DNA of 64,000 bases from Candidatus Nomurabacteria bacterium (lineage in GTDB: Bacteria; Patescibacteriota; Minisyncoccia; Phycocordibacterales; UBA9973): the NCBI GenBank assembly GCA_016699085.1, contig CP064958.1, forward strand, positions 271,630-335,629, given 5' to 3'. The notes beneath the pieces are model-generated. The model saw only the letters and a program-made list of their open reading frames with translations, ran no database searches and had not been told where the DNA came from. Shown piece by piece: positions 39,001-48,700 of the stretch. Made by a program: the position numbers and the translations under genes. Each line of letters begins with the position of its first letter. The stretch's first letter is position 1.

Positions 39001-39128
39001 ATCACCTTAACTTCAGGTATATTAAAATTATCATCCAAATAAGCTTCGGCTTTTTGCGGAGTAAATATTGGCAAAAAGCTTCCTGATAGGATAGTGATGA
39101 AGAGCACATAGAGCAGGAATTTTTTCAT
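36021..39128 (-). CDS. Giant polytopic membrane protein, VirB6/TrbL-like core, with ~350-aa ectodomain and ~450-aa charged coiled-coil cytoplasmic tail
   Basis: Signal peptide, large N-terminal ectodomain, at least 7 hydrophobic helices (residues ~330-620), then a K/E/A/Q-rich low-complexity C-terminus. Confidence 0.5.
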   Translation of the reverse strand: MKKFLLYVLFITILSGSFLPIFTPQKAEAYLDDNFNIPEVKVISVGATTAVLQFQLQVNGGNDGNIGHDIYKGRIPPNGSTNGITGWTYIEGQDGNPIYEVLSGQSNSSQGNEEIPGNGGALGSYDPLECNGYGCGVYLDIATNEDNLGTMAKKEAATLSDEEVINGKILDRAGKPIPGITFDQNIGQSIVVIPDIFLGTQTINITVTGLKPDTQYVSQGRLEETCSVIPLIRNCIGELSNDTLSALSDDEEKIAPFKTLPAGSPEVTTSPTGGQNIVEGSTDTGNPGNLPYCLDFSLTSGRAAINMLGCFTQLVYYVLYIPTAALARLAAGFLDWFLHFSLQSSSYTATEFVPQGWRIVRDISNILFIFVLLYIAIGTILRISGVDAKKMIASLVVVALLINFSLFFTKIIIDTSNILARIMYDSVNVTGQSSSVGGEKSITLGLVSKFNPQKIFKTSDIDANANTGWFFFVLLIAIAINIFMFLMFLKVAVLFLGRVIGLMVSMILSPFAFVSWIVPSMKGWMKIGWTNWWHELVSQAFMAPIFLFFLYIIIMATDLKLLPIAASNSPTGGSLESNIQGLIGLIIPFAIIYFLIKTAVDMAVKLSGDIGAASLAVMNKVGGAAVGVATGGAALGLRSTLGAVAAARAKDPDLQRRAAEGDKWAQRQLTISNSMAASSFDFRKTKAGEGFAKQTGWDTKASSGLGGFAQGAANLTLGTGRIDLSTEGGAKGATERKKDARMKEAETYKMSGYEADQQNKKAKDWQERYETDKENARAALGDKFKEADFKKLYEKQMATIYDKDGNITHNGNGGGAKVQSAAEVNAQRMRDSADTIEYGPGYVSAKNAARTANEQQVAEEIAAGVAAGSRTAAFSEEKWREAETISKRNLNATEKATISSLRKQAGEETKDAQKPISITERRRAQQTLDKAAREMAEVNDHLKDIADNIEFETGVRPPVVDESHIKQVVEYRQKDLATAQANLTIAEASKNPIEIAKAHMNIEKAKEDIKMYKEVFAKKDTVEQKTRDANDKLNS

Positions 39129-39262
39129 TACGTAGGATGAATAAGAAAGCTATAATCTGCCTTCTCATTTTATCACTAGAGCCTTTGTTTAGATAGCAAA
39201 AAACTGTTAATTAAAACAAAATACACTTCCTACATTAGGAAGTGTATGAGTAAGGAGATTGT

Positions 39263-41515
39263 TTAGTAATTCTGTGGGAGATAATCACTGATTGAGCTCC
39301 TGTAGAATTTACTACACTCCATTTTAAACGGCTCATTATTGTAGCCTTTCGTATAGGTATATCCTCCTCCCTCACCTGCGTGATAGACAAATGGTATCTC
39401 TGAGAAAATCCATTGCCAGCCTGGTTCAACGAGTGGATCGGCGTCATGATTTGCATCAGTTCCGCAGAAAAGTAGTTGCACGGCATCTTTGCCGACCGCT
39501 TCTCTTGCAATTGGGTCTGTGCTATTTTTTTCGTTTAGGCAAGCCTGCTGGAGAGATGGTTCACTAATGGTAGTTCCGGGCGTATAGTTTGCAGGATCAG
39601 ATGAGCATTTTTTATATAATGCATTAATATCTTCGCCACTTACTTTAAACGCGTAGGATAGATCAGCAACATAGCCGTTACATTCATTTTGGGCATCACT
39701 AATCGTATCACTGCGGCTAATTTTATCTTTTAAAACTACATATTGTCCTGCAAGTTGGTTTTTATACTGAGCAACACTTGCAGAATCAGGGCTACCATCA
39801 GAAGGTTTTGGGTGTGCGGCTATGCCTGCAACGATGCTCTTTAATAATGCAAGGGATCGTACTTTATCAGAAATTCTATTCTGTAGATTACTTTGGTCTT
39901 GGTTGTACTCCTCGACTTTTTTGACTTGATCAACAATTGCTGCTGCAGAAGTAATATTCTTGATAAGGATATTAGTCTGGAAATTAGCGAGAATATATGA
40001 CATTGCATTATTCAAATATTTTATCTGGTCCTGAGCTTGCTCTCCATTATTTGTATTATTATCTGATTTTGATTCCAGTTTTCTTGATTCAGTGGTAAAT
40101 TCTGACTGCATTCTGGATGCGTATTTGTAGTCTGGTCCAGGTAAACATTGGTCAAGCTGCATTGTTCTTAATGGAAATGTTTTTAATAGATCGCGACTTG
40201 CAGTTAGAATCGTAAGCTCTGTTTGGGTTTTATTTATTGCATCAAGTAATTCTGGGGATGGTGTTCCAGGAGCTGTCCCTTCGAGAGGTACTGCATCAGC
40301 GACATTCCAGCTAAATGTTCCATTTGTGTCTGACACAAATGCACTGTTATCTCCCGGGCCTTCGACGGTTTCATCACCGCTTCCGGTTGCAATGCTGCCA
40401 ATCAGTTGACTCAAGCCTTTACTAATAAGCCCTGCAGCTAAATTTGAAACAGCATCGACGACTGGACTGCCACTTGCAGAGTCAAGGAGGGCTTTTTCAA
40501 GTGGTGCAGTGACAGATTGGTTGAGCTGATCAGCAACAAGTTTGCCTGGAGTTACAGTTTCATACCTTGCGCAGTCATCGCTAGCATCAAATTGGATACT
40601 GCTTCCGAGGCTGAGGCTTAAGCTGTTCAAATAATCATCTGCATTCGTGCCGCTGCTCGTACATTCACTGGTTGCGTTTGTATTGTTTGCAGAATCAGAC
40701 TGGCATTCGGTCTTGGTAGTAAACGGGCCGACAGTGTATGTTTGTAGATTGTCATTCACTGCTGTGTATGTCCAATCTGTTGCTGTAATTGCATTTTGAC
40801 CACTTGAGCCATCTTTGTATTCAACACATTTTTTTGCTGACAGGAATCCTCCACTTTGATTGAGTTCATTTTGGATTGTGCCCTGTGCCTCTTTTGCCCG
40901 ATTCTCTAATTCCTCAGCAGTTCGTAAATATGAACCAACGGGATTATTTGCGTCATTTTGAGTAAATGCCATCCAACCATCCCATCCTCCTACAGCAAAA
41001 TCGCCGTCAGTAAAGTCTTGCCAGTTGGGGCCGATTACTTTATCTAAGGTAAATTTTGATTTATCTGCAAACACACTCGAATTTGTTGTCAAATACGAGG
41101 TAATGAGGTTTTTAGCAACCCCTTGGGAATACGGGAACTTTGTTATATCCCCTGTAATTTCATTAACAAAGGATTCAACTTTCTGGTCTGCTATGCTTTT
41201 AAAAAAACTTGATTGATCACGGACAAAAAAAGGATTGCCATTAAATCCAGTTGATCCCCAGTTGATGATTTGCTGGGTCATGTTGAGTGCAACCTGAGAA
41301 CTTATACGCTTGAGAGATTTTTGGAGCAAGGTACCAGCTAAAGTTTTGCCGGCACTCGCAGCTGATTGGGAGCCAAAAATAGTCTGTATAATTTGTTGGG
41401 GCAAATTCGGCAAATCTACAACTGGCAATCCTGCGTGAGCTGGCTTAATTTGTACCGCCAATAATAAGAAAAGACTAAGAAAAGAAATAATACTATACTG
41501 ATAGCGCTTTTTCAT
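39263..41515 (-). CDS. Large secreted protein (750 aa) of T4SS-like cluster, Cys-containing
   Basis: Signal peptide MKKRYQYSIISFLSLFLLLAVQIKPAHA, with multiple Cys pairs. No motif recognised. It could be an adhesin or VirB5-like tip protein. Confidence 0.5.
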   Translation of the reverse strand: MKKRYQYSIISFLSLFLLLAVQIKPAHAGLPVVDLPNLPQQIIQTIFGSQSAASAGKTLAGTLLQKSLKRISSQVALNMTQQIINWGSTGFNGNPFFVRDQSSFFKSIADQKVESFVNEITGDITKFPYSQGVAKNLITSYLTTNSSVFADKSKFTLDKVIGPNWQDFTDGDFAVGGWDGWMAFTQNDANNPVGSYLRTAEELENRAKEAQGTIQNELNQSGGFLSAKKCVEYKDGSSGQNAITATDWTYTAVNDNLQTYTVGPFTTKTECQSDSANNTNATSECTSSGTNADDYLNSLSLSLGSSIQFDASDDCARYETVTPGKLVADQLNQSVTAPLEKALLDSASGSPVVDAVSNLAAGLISKGLSQLIGSIATGSGDETVEGPGDNSAFVSDTNGTFSWNVADAVPLEGTAPGTPSPELLDAINKTQTELTILTASRDLLKTFPLRTMQLDQCLPGPDYKYASRMQSEFTTESRKLESKSDNNTNNGEQAQDQIKYLNNAMSYILANFQTNILIKNITSAAAIVDQVKKVEEYNQDQSNLQNRISDKVRSLALLKSIVAGIAAHPKPSDGSPDSASVAQYKNQLAGQYVVLKDKISRSDTISDAQNECNGYVADLSYAFKVSGEDINALYKKCSSDPANYTPGTTISEPSLQQACLNEKNSTDPIAREAVGKDAVQLLFCGTDANHDADPLVEPGWQWIFSEIPFVYHAGEGGGYTYTKGYNNEPFKMECSKFYRSSISDYLPQNY

Positions 41516-41538
41516 GTTGTTTTAGTATAACACCCGCT

Positions 41539-42483
41539 TTATTGTGAACCAAAGCCTCCTGCAATATAAATATCATTTTGAAGTATATTTAAATTTGTCT
41601 CGAGTGAAGTCAAAATATCATTTGACTGGTAAATACTTGCAAGTGCTGGAATTGGATCAATAGGATATTTGGCAATATCGGCAAACATATCAGCTGTTCT
41701 GTTGATACTATTAATAAGGGCAAGATGTGTCACTGCCTCGCTCTCAGGTACTGGCAAAGCGATAAGCGTAGTAACTAATGCGTGATACTTGTCAGCGATT
41801 TTTTGTATATTTGCATCAGGTGTCGTTAAGTTTGGAGTAACAACAATACTACCAAGGGTAATAAAATCTTCTTGTTTAATTGGGTATTTGAGTAATGCAT
41901 TACCAAAACCAGTAATATATGCCAAAGAGTTAGTGCTCGTATTAGCGTTACTTTTAATATCAGTAATTGTGTATGTTTTCCCTGGTGGTTTAGTTTTTAT
42001 AAACGTGATTATTTCAGCTGTAATGCTTGCTGATGATTCATCAGTTAGTTCTCCATTTTCTTGCAATGCTGCAATCGTTGAGAAAAGCTCTCTGGTAAAT
42101 GTATCTGTTTGACTTAAAATTTCACTGGCAGATTCCTCTGATGTTGCTGTTGATGTATTAATAGACGTGCGTAGATTGGCAACTTCTTCACCATCGCTTA
42201 TGCCATTACCATTTGTGTCTGAATTTTTTGGGTCCATATCCCACAGTGGCTCTTCCCAATCAGCTAATCCATCGTTATCTGTGTCTGTTTCAACAAGCGT
42301 ACCTAATGCGACGGTAGGTCCTGCAGGAATACGAGTATCTTTGATCTCATTTGTTTTATTAAACTCGATCCGAGTACGTATGTATGAAATGCCAACACCG
42401 ACAATGATGACAATGCCGATAATCAAAAGCACGCGAAGCATCTTTTTGCTAGGTAAATATGAAGTGATTCTAGATGGTTCCAC
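41539..42483 (-). CDS. N-terminally anchored protein with Asp-rich Ca-binding-like repeat. First gene of the cluster after ksgA
   Basis: TM VLLIIGIVIIVGVGISYI, then DTDNDGLADWEEPLWDMDPKNSDTNGNGISDGEE (thrombospondin type 3 / dockerin-like). Confidence 0.5.
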   Translation of the reverse strand: MEPSRITSYLPSKKMLRVLLIIGIVIIVGVGISYIRTRIEFNKTNEIKDTRIPAGPTVALGTLVETDTDNDGLADWEEPLWDMDPKNSDTNGNGISDGEEVANLRTSINTSTATSEESASEILSQTDTFTRELFSTIAALQENGELTDESSASITAEIITFIKTKPPGKTYTITDIKSNANTSTNSLAYITGFGNALLKYPIKQEDFITLGSIVVTPNLTTPDANIQKIADKYHALVTTLIALPVPESEAVTHLALINSINRTADMFADIAKYPIDPIPALASIYQSNDILTSLETNLNILQNDIYIAGGFGSQ

Positions 42484-42502
42484 AGAGTACAGTATACACG
42501 TT

Positions 42503-43324
42503 TTAGATTTCTTTTTCTAAAGAGTTTTGCAGTAGCTTTTTTGCAATAATAAACCAGGTTTCTAAATCTATGTCCTCTGCCCGTATTTGTTCTGGTAAAT
42601 CTCCGGCTTGCCAAATATTGGTCAGTGCATCATATGGCATAGGCAATGATGTAAGATTTCTGATGAGTACTTTGCGTTTATGGGCAAATCCTGTGCGAAC
42701 AACATTGAAAAAATGTTTTTCCGATACAGCATACTTTGTAAAAAGATTTTTTGAGATTTTCTCAATTGAAAGTATGGCTGAGTCGACGCGAGGCGGTGGT
42801 GTAAAACTACCGCGTCCTACCTTGGCTATGATCTTTGGGTTACCGTAGGCTTTGACTGCGATTGAGAGAATGCTTTCCTTGTTGTCTTTAGCGATAATCC
42901 TTTCGGCGACTTCTTTTTGCACCAAAAGAACCATCTGTTCTGGTATACAAGGAGCGCTCAAGATATGCTTCAATATTGCGCCAGTGATATTGTATGGGAT
43001 ATTGGCAATGACTTTGTAGGTAAGATCATGATAAAAAGCAAATACACCTGGGTCAAAATCAAGAATGTCTTTTTCAATAAGCTCAAGTTTACCGTCTGCT
43101 ATTTCTTTTGCAAATGTAGCCGAAAGTTCTTCGACTAGTGTACGATCTTTTTCAATCGCAACCACTTTGCCAGCAAAAAAAAGTAATTTTTTGGTAAGCA
43201 CACCGTGCCCTGGTCCAATTTCAAGAATAATATCAGTCGGCTGTATATCCCCACTCTCTATAATAGTGTCGAGTGCGTGTTGGTTATGGAGAAAGTGTTG
43301 TCCTAAAGATTTTTTAGCAAGCAT
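42503..43324 (-). CDS. rsmA: 16S rRNA (adenine1518/1519-N6)-dimethyltransferase RsmA/KsgA
   Basis: KKSLGQHFLHNQ, SAM-binding ILEIGPGHGVLT, ANIPYNITGAIL. The true start is the internal ATG at 43322-43324. The longer ORF to 43630 overlaps the helicase. Confidence 0.85.
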   Translation of the reverse strand: MLAKKSLGQHFLHNQHALDTIIESGDIQPTDIILEIGPGHGVLTKKLLFFAGKVVAIEKDRTLVEELSATFAKEIADGKLELIEKDILDFDPGVFAFYHDLTYKVIANIPYNITGAILKHILSAPCIPEQMVLLVQKEVAERIIAKDNKESILSIAVKAYGNPKIIAKVGRGSFTPPPRVDSAILSIEKISKNLFTKYAVSEKHFFNVVRTGFAHKRKVLIRNLTSLPMPYDALTNIWQAGDLPEQIRAEDIDLETWFIIAKKLLQNSLEKEI

Positions 43325-43325
43325 G

Positions 43326-45236
43326 TTATTCAAAGTATAGTATTTTTTCACTGCGTCCTCTAGATTGGTAGAGTTCTTGTTCGACGAGCAAAGGCGGAAT
43401 ATCATAAATAAATTCCGAAGGTATATTGATTTGGCGCATACCAAATATAGTTCTCGTTTCTGCGTATGATAGATAGAGAAATTCCTTAGCGCGAGTGACA
43501 GCGACATAAAACAACCTGCGTTCCTCTTCGGCATCTTCGATTGTCTTACTATCGAGTCTGGCATGTGGGAAAAGATCTTGTTCAAGGCCAACAATAAAGA
43601 CAACTTTAAATTCCAAACCCTTCGCGGCATGGACGGTCATGAGCCTAACCCCACCTCTGTCTTCTTCTAGATTATCTTGATCGCTTGCGAGTGCTGCGTC
43701 AGTTAAAAGCTTATCCATGCCTTCATCAATCCCCCATGCGTCATACTTGGTCGCAAGTGTTACGAGTTCTTCTAAGTTCATGAGTCGATCTTCATCATCT
43801 ACGCCTCCAGCTCGTAATGTCTCGTCAATTTTTGCTTCATGAAGAATATACTTAAATACTTCTGATGGAAGCATGGTTTTTTTACATTCGTTGATACGAT
43901 CGAGTAGTTCATAGAAAGCATTGATTTTTACTTGCATTGGTCTTGGTAATGATTCAAGTTCTCCGGCAAATAGTTTTACCAATGTCACTTTACCAATGCC
44001 TCGTGTTGGGAAATTGATGATGCGTTTGATGTCAGATAGTGAATTGCGATTGTGCGCTGCCCGAACATAGGCAAGCATGTCTTTGATCTCTTTACGCTCA
44101 AAGAATTTTGTACCAACAACTTGGTATGGAATATTGGAACCTAGCATGGCTTCCTCGAGTACGCGTGATTGGAAGTTGGCTCGATATAAAACGGCAATAT
44201 CCTTTGGAGCTGTTCCCTCTCGAATGAAGTTGTCTGCTGTGTCAGCGACAAATTGCGCTTCATCATTCTCACCAAAGGCAGTATAGAGCTTGATACTATC
44301 ACCGTCTTTACCGGTATGCAGAAGAAGTTTCGGTATCCGAACAGTATTTTTTTTAATGATAGCGTTTGCCGCATCCAGGATTACTTTTGTCGATCGGTAA
44401 TTATGCTCAAGAAAAACAATCTTGGCTTCTGGATAGTCCTTCTCAAACCGAAGCATATTTTTCATGTTGGCACCCCGCCAGCTATAAATGTTTTGGTCCA
44501 TATCTCCCACGACGCAGATATGATGGTCATTGCCGACCAATAGCTTGGCAAGTTCATATTGCACTGTATTGGTGTCTTGGTATTCGTCAATGTGGACGTA
44601 GCGCCAGCGCGACTGATATTCATCACGTATGGTTTGGTTACGAAGTGCGATAAGTGCATAGAGCAAGAGATCGTCGAAATCAACCGAACCTTCTTTCTTT
44701 TTCTTCTCTTCATATTTCTGCCAAACACTATTGATAAGTTCTTCACTATAGTTTGAAGCTTTGGCTGCAAATTGTTCTTGGGTCTCACCTTCACCTTTGG
44801 CCTTAGATATGACGTATCGGAATTTGCGTGGCTCTTGGGCTTTGGGATCAAGGCCGAGCTCTTTGATGGATTCTTTGATAAGCGATATCGTATCTCCGTC
44901 ATCTAAAATAGTAAAATATCTTGTTAAATTAAAAAGTCTTGCGTGTTCACGCAGGATAGTCGCTGCCAACGCATGAAATGTTGCGACAAATGGCACTTCG
45001 GTTATACCTTTTGGTAACACGTTTACCACACGCTCACGCATTTCTTTAGCAGCTTTGTTGGTAAAGGTGATAGCTAGAATATGTGATGGCAACACGCCTT
45101 CTTTGATGAGGTGCACAATCCGATGAGTAATGGTTTTTGTCTTGCCAGCGCCAGCGCCGGCCACGATTAATAGTGGTCCATGTATAGAAAGTGCGGCCTC
45201 TTTTTGCTTTTCATTGAGTCCATCGAGATATTCCAT
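43326..45236 (-). CDS. pcrA: ATP-dependent DNA helicase, UvrD/PcrA/Rep family
   Basis: Walker A GAGAGKTKTITHRIVHLI, VHIDEYQDTN, and the helicase motifs of SF1A. Confidence 0.9.
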   Translation of the reverse strand: MEYLDGLNEKQKEAALSIHGPLLIVAGAGAGKTKTITHRIVHLIKEGVLPSHILAITFTNKAAKEMRERVVNVLPKGITEVPFVATFHALAATILREHARLFNLTRYFTILDDGDTISLIKESIKELGLDPKAQEPRKFRYVISKAKGEGETQEQFAAKASNYSEELINSVWQKYEEKKKKEGSVDFDDLLLYALIALRNQTIRDEYQSRWRYVHIDEYQDTNTVQYELAKLLVGNDHHICVVGDMDQNIYSWRGANMKNMLRFEKDYPEAKIVFLEHNYRSTKVILDAANAIIKKNTVRIPKLLLHTGKDGDSIKLYTAFGENDEAQFVADTADNFIREGTAPKDIAVLYRANFQSRVLEEAMLGSNIPYQVVGTKFFERKEIKDMLAYVRAAHNRNSLSDIKRIINFPTRGIGKVTLVKLFAGELESLPRPMQVKINAFYELLDRINECKKTMLPSEVFKYILHEAKIDETLRAGGVDDEDRLMNLEELVTLATKYDAWGIDEGMDKLLTDAALASDQDNLEEDRGGVRLMTVHAAKGLEFKVVFIVGLEQDLFPHARLDSKTIEDAEEERRLFYVAVTRAKEFLYLSYAETRTIFGMRQINIPSEFIYDIPPLLVEQELYQSRGRSEKILYFE

Positions 45237-45284
45237 CTGATTACTATAGCATGACGTAGAATTCCCCTTTCCTTTACGTTTTTT

Positions 45285-45383
45285 AAGAAAGTTTGGATAA
45301 ATTTTTTCTTGTTGCGGAACTCATCCAATTAAAATTGGATTCAAACAGTCCTCACGGCAAAAAATATTTTTCCAAACTTTCTT
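45285..45383. repeat. Intergenic element family copy B
   Basis: Flanks aagaaagtttggataaatttttt / aaaaatatttttccaaactttctt. Core CTTGTTGCGGAACTCATCCAATTAAAATTGGATTCAAACAGTCCTCACGGCA. Confidence 0.85.
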
Positions 45384-45445
45384 TTGGTTTGTTCATAAAC
45401 AACAAAAGTGCCATGGTATACCATGGCACTTTTGTTGTTTATTTA

Positions 45446-45754
45446 TTATTTTCCAATTTGACTCATCACATCCATGCTCTCTTGTTGGAATCGTTCTGCT
45501 TCTTCTTTGGCCATGACATCGAAGTTCTCAACGTTAGTTCGTAGGTATTCCATAAGTTCTTCGGGACTTGCATCGTTATCGAGCATTTTCTCAAATGCTT
45601 TTTGCATTGTGTCATCCATTGTTTCCATTGCCTTGATAAGAACACTCTGGAAGATTAGTCCACCGATTCGTTCGATAGTATCATTCTGTTCTGCCTCAGA
45701 TAATCCACCTAAGTTGTATGCAGCAATAATTGTTTTTCGTAATGTTGGATCCAT
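45446..45754 (-). CDS. Hypothetical small acidic protein
   Basis: 102 aa, helical and acidic, last gene of the operon that begins at 50941. Confidence 0.4.
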   Translation of the reverse strand: MDPTLRKTIIAAYNLGGLSEAEQNDTIERIGGLIFQSVLIKAMETMDDTMQKAFEKMLDNDASPEELMEYLRTNVENFDVMAKEEAERFQQESMDVMSQIGK

Positions 45755-45799
45755 ATAGATAGTGTATCGTATTAATAATTTTTTACAAACTACGTTTTA

Positions 45800-48700
45800 T
45801 TATTTTGGTATGTTGCCTGTCGGTATAGTAGCTCCGGGTCTATTTGCAACATTAGGAATTCCCCCGTTGTTTACGCCTGGCCGATTGGTAACATTCTGGA
45901 GTCCGTCGTTACTTACTCCGGGTCTGTTGGCAAGTTTCTGTAATCCGCCTGTTGTAGCTTGCCCATCTGTTGTACTGGTTGGTAGTGCATCTGGTCGTGA
46001 TGGTAGTGGCTGTAAGTTTGGATTGTTAGGCAATGGCTTTAGTGCCTGTGCGCCAGTGCCAGATTTATTATTGTAACCATATTCGTAGCTATCGGGATTT
46101 GATTCAAATGCAGAACTGCCAATGATGTGCATTCCGTTGTCTTTTGGTATGCCGTCCATATATTCTTGAACTAAGTAGCCAGCGCCAAAAGGATTTTTCT
46201 CAATAGCGTACGATGCATGACCAATGCTGCCCGTAGCGAGGCGAACTTCATGTCCATTTTGGAAGTAGCCAGTTTTGCTTGCAATCTCATGCGCTTGGTG
46301 TTGTGCGAATTCATGCAAATCACCACCAGTCCAGCCCATTTTTGCAGCCAATGCACCATTATTGGCTTCAAGTTGTCGTATAAATACATTTTCAACACCG
46401 TCACCTTTTTGTACCAATGCATATTCGCTAATCGAAGTTGGAGTTTCTATTGTTGGCTGATCAATGGTCGTTGGGTGGTCTACAGTTGCTGGTGCCTGGT
46501 TTGCAAAATGCTCAGTGGCGTAGTGTCCTGCCCATAGCCCAAAGCCAATGCTCGAAGCTCCACGGATGCCGGCATTCAAGTAACGATCAAGGCTCTCACT
46601 CTTTTGCTTTCTTTTGTGAACACTTTGATACAGTGCCTCATTTCTGGTGAGCCATTCATTACCAAATCCTTCACCGTATTTATTGAGACGCTTCATGCGT
46701 TCCATGTCTCTCTCAAAATCTCTGTCAATTATTTTTTGATTATGGAAAAGATTTTTGATTCCAATCCCTACTTCACCAGCTGCGGCACCACCGACAACTC
46801 TCGCACCTACACCAGCTGCCGCTGCGCCAAAGGCAGCCAAGCCTCCGCCGCCTGTGAGTGTTGTGACTACTGCGACTCCTGTACCTATACCGATCGATAG
46901 AAGGATGCGTTTCCAGCGAGGTTGAATTTTGCCATACCATGCGATGCCTTTTTCCAAAATACCGCGTTCACGTGTTGGTAATGCCTCTAGTTTTGCTCGA
47001 GCAAGTGTGTCACCTTCATCGAGAATGAGTGTTTTAAATAAAGCGCCATTTTGAAAGCTATCGAGTGCCAATTTCTTTTCTACTGGACTCGCATGATTAC
47101 GGTCAAGCTTGTCGTTTTCTTGTTTAAGTAGATGTTTGCCGTACGCGACCTTGGCGTCCTTGTACGTTTGTTGGGCACGCTCGTGTGCAAGGCGCACTGG
47201 GTCAGTCGCCTTGAGATCTTCTTTGGCAATTTTTTCACCCACAAGTTTGTTCCAAATATTTCTTTGAAACCATGCACCGAAACCTTTTTTATTGCGAGCT
47301 TGATCCTGTCGCTCTTCGAGCATGTCGCGGTAGGTTTCGATATAGATTGCACGTGCTTCTTGTAATGATTGCTCAGGAGTTTTGGCTTGTTCTTGTCGAT
47401 TAGCTGGATCATTTATTTGCTGCGCAAGCACTTCTCCTGGTGCCTGCCTTGCTTCAGTCGGTTGTGGCTCTGTTCTCGCTGTAGTTTCATTTTCTGTTAC
47501 TACATGGATACTTGTTGCACCTTCGTGTTCGCGTATATCTTCTGGGGTTGCGATGCGAAGTTCTCCATTTTCAAATTGTCCAAGAAATTGTCTCTCTGGT
47601 ATTGATTTAGTCTGATTTGAGACAAAATAGACGTTGTACTTTATGCCTCGGGCATTAGTTTTTTCTTGAATATCAGTTATAGAAAATAGCTCTTTCTTTA
47701 CACTATCGAAAATAGTAGTACCTTTTTTTAATTCAAACGCCGGGGATGTTTCCACTTTTTCTACCTCTGGAGTTTTAGTTTCGATAGGTTCCCCGTCTGC
47801 TAGTAATAATATTTTCCCTGAGGTAAATGCGCGAGCAAGGTTAATTGCTGATACTTCATTCGGTTTATCACTAAAAACATATGCATTGAATTTTTCTCCC
47901 TTAAAATTTGTTTGCTCTTTAATTTCTAAAACAGTAAGTATTTTTCTTTTACTTACACCAGGCAGAGCCTCTCCGACGCGACTACCAATCTTAAGTTTTG
48001 CAACCTTGTCCATACCGGCAGTAATTTCTGGTTTTGCTTCGACTGCCCCCGCTTTCTTTTCTGGTGGAGTTATTTTGGTTTCTACAGTTGGTGCTGGTGT
48101 TTCACTCTCAGTCATTAGTCTAATTTTCCCTGTAGCAAAGGCAAACGTGAGTCCTCTTGCAGATACCTTGTTTGCTTTGTCACTAAACGTATACATATTC
48201 TTCTCTACGTTTTTGGTCACATCCTCCTCTATATTTAGAAGAGTATGTAGTTTTCTCTTGTTTGCACGAGGTAAAGCTTCACCAACGACGCTACCATTTT
48301 TAAGTGCCATGACTTTTTCCCATGCCGCAGCCCATGATTCATCTGTAATTTTATCTTTAAATTGCTCAGAACCAGTTTTTTTGGTCTCTATTTTTGGTGG
48401 ATGCGTAGATAGTATAGCTACTTTTGGTAGACGCTTTGCCTGTGCTGTGTACGTTGTATAACGTTCACCTTTTTCTTTTTTATTTGCTATTGGTCCAAGT
48501 AAGTTCTCAATGGTCTTATTCGTATATATTTCTGTAGTTGCATTTGTATTCTTATCTAAATCTTCTTTACTAGCGAACACACTTACAGTAAAATGTTCAG
48601 TACCTTTTTCGTCAGTTTCTTCCTTATCGATTCGATAATAGTTGGTATCTTTTTGCCAAGTATCTCCTTCGTGGAAAGTCTTTAATGGTGACATGTAAAA

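Noticed and set aside
28297-42483. Interpretation of the VirB4 cluster as an integrated conjugative element or prophage
   Set aside because: No relaxase, VirD4, integrase or excisionase was found, and no flanking direct repeats or tRNA. The genes are co-directional and tightly coupled with ksgA and pcrA, so a chromosomally fixed apparatus is more likely.
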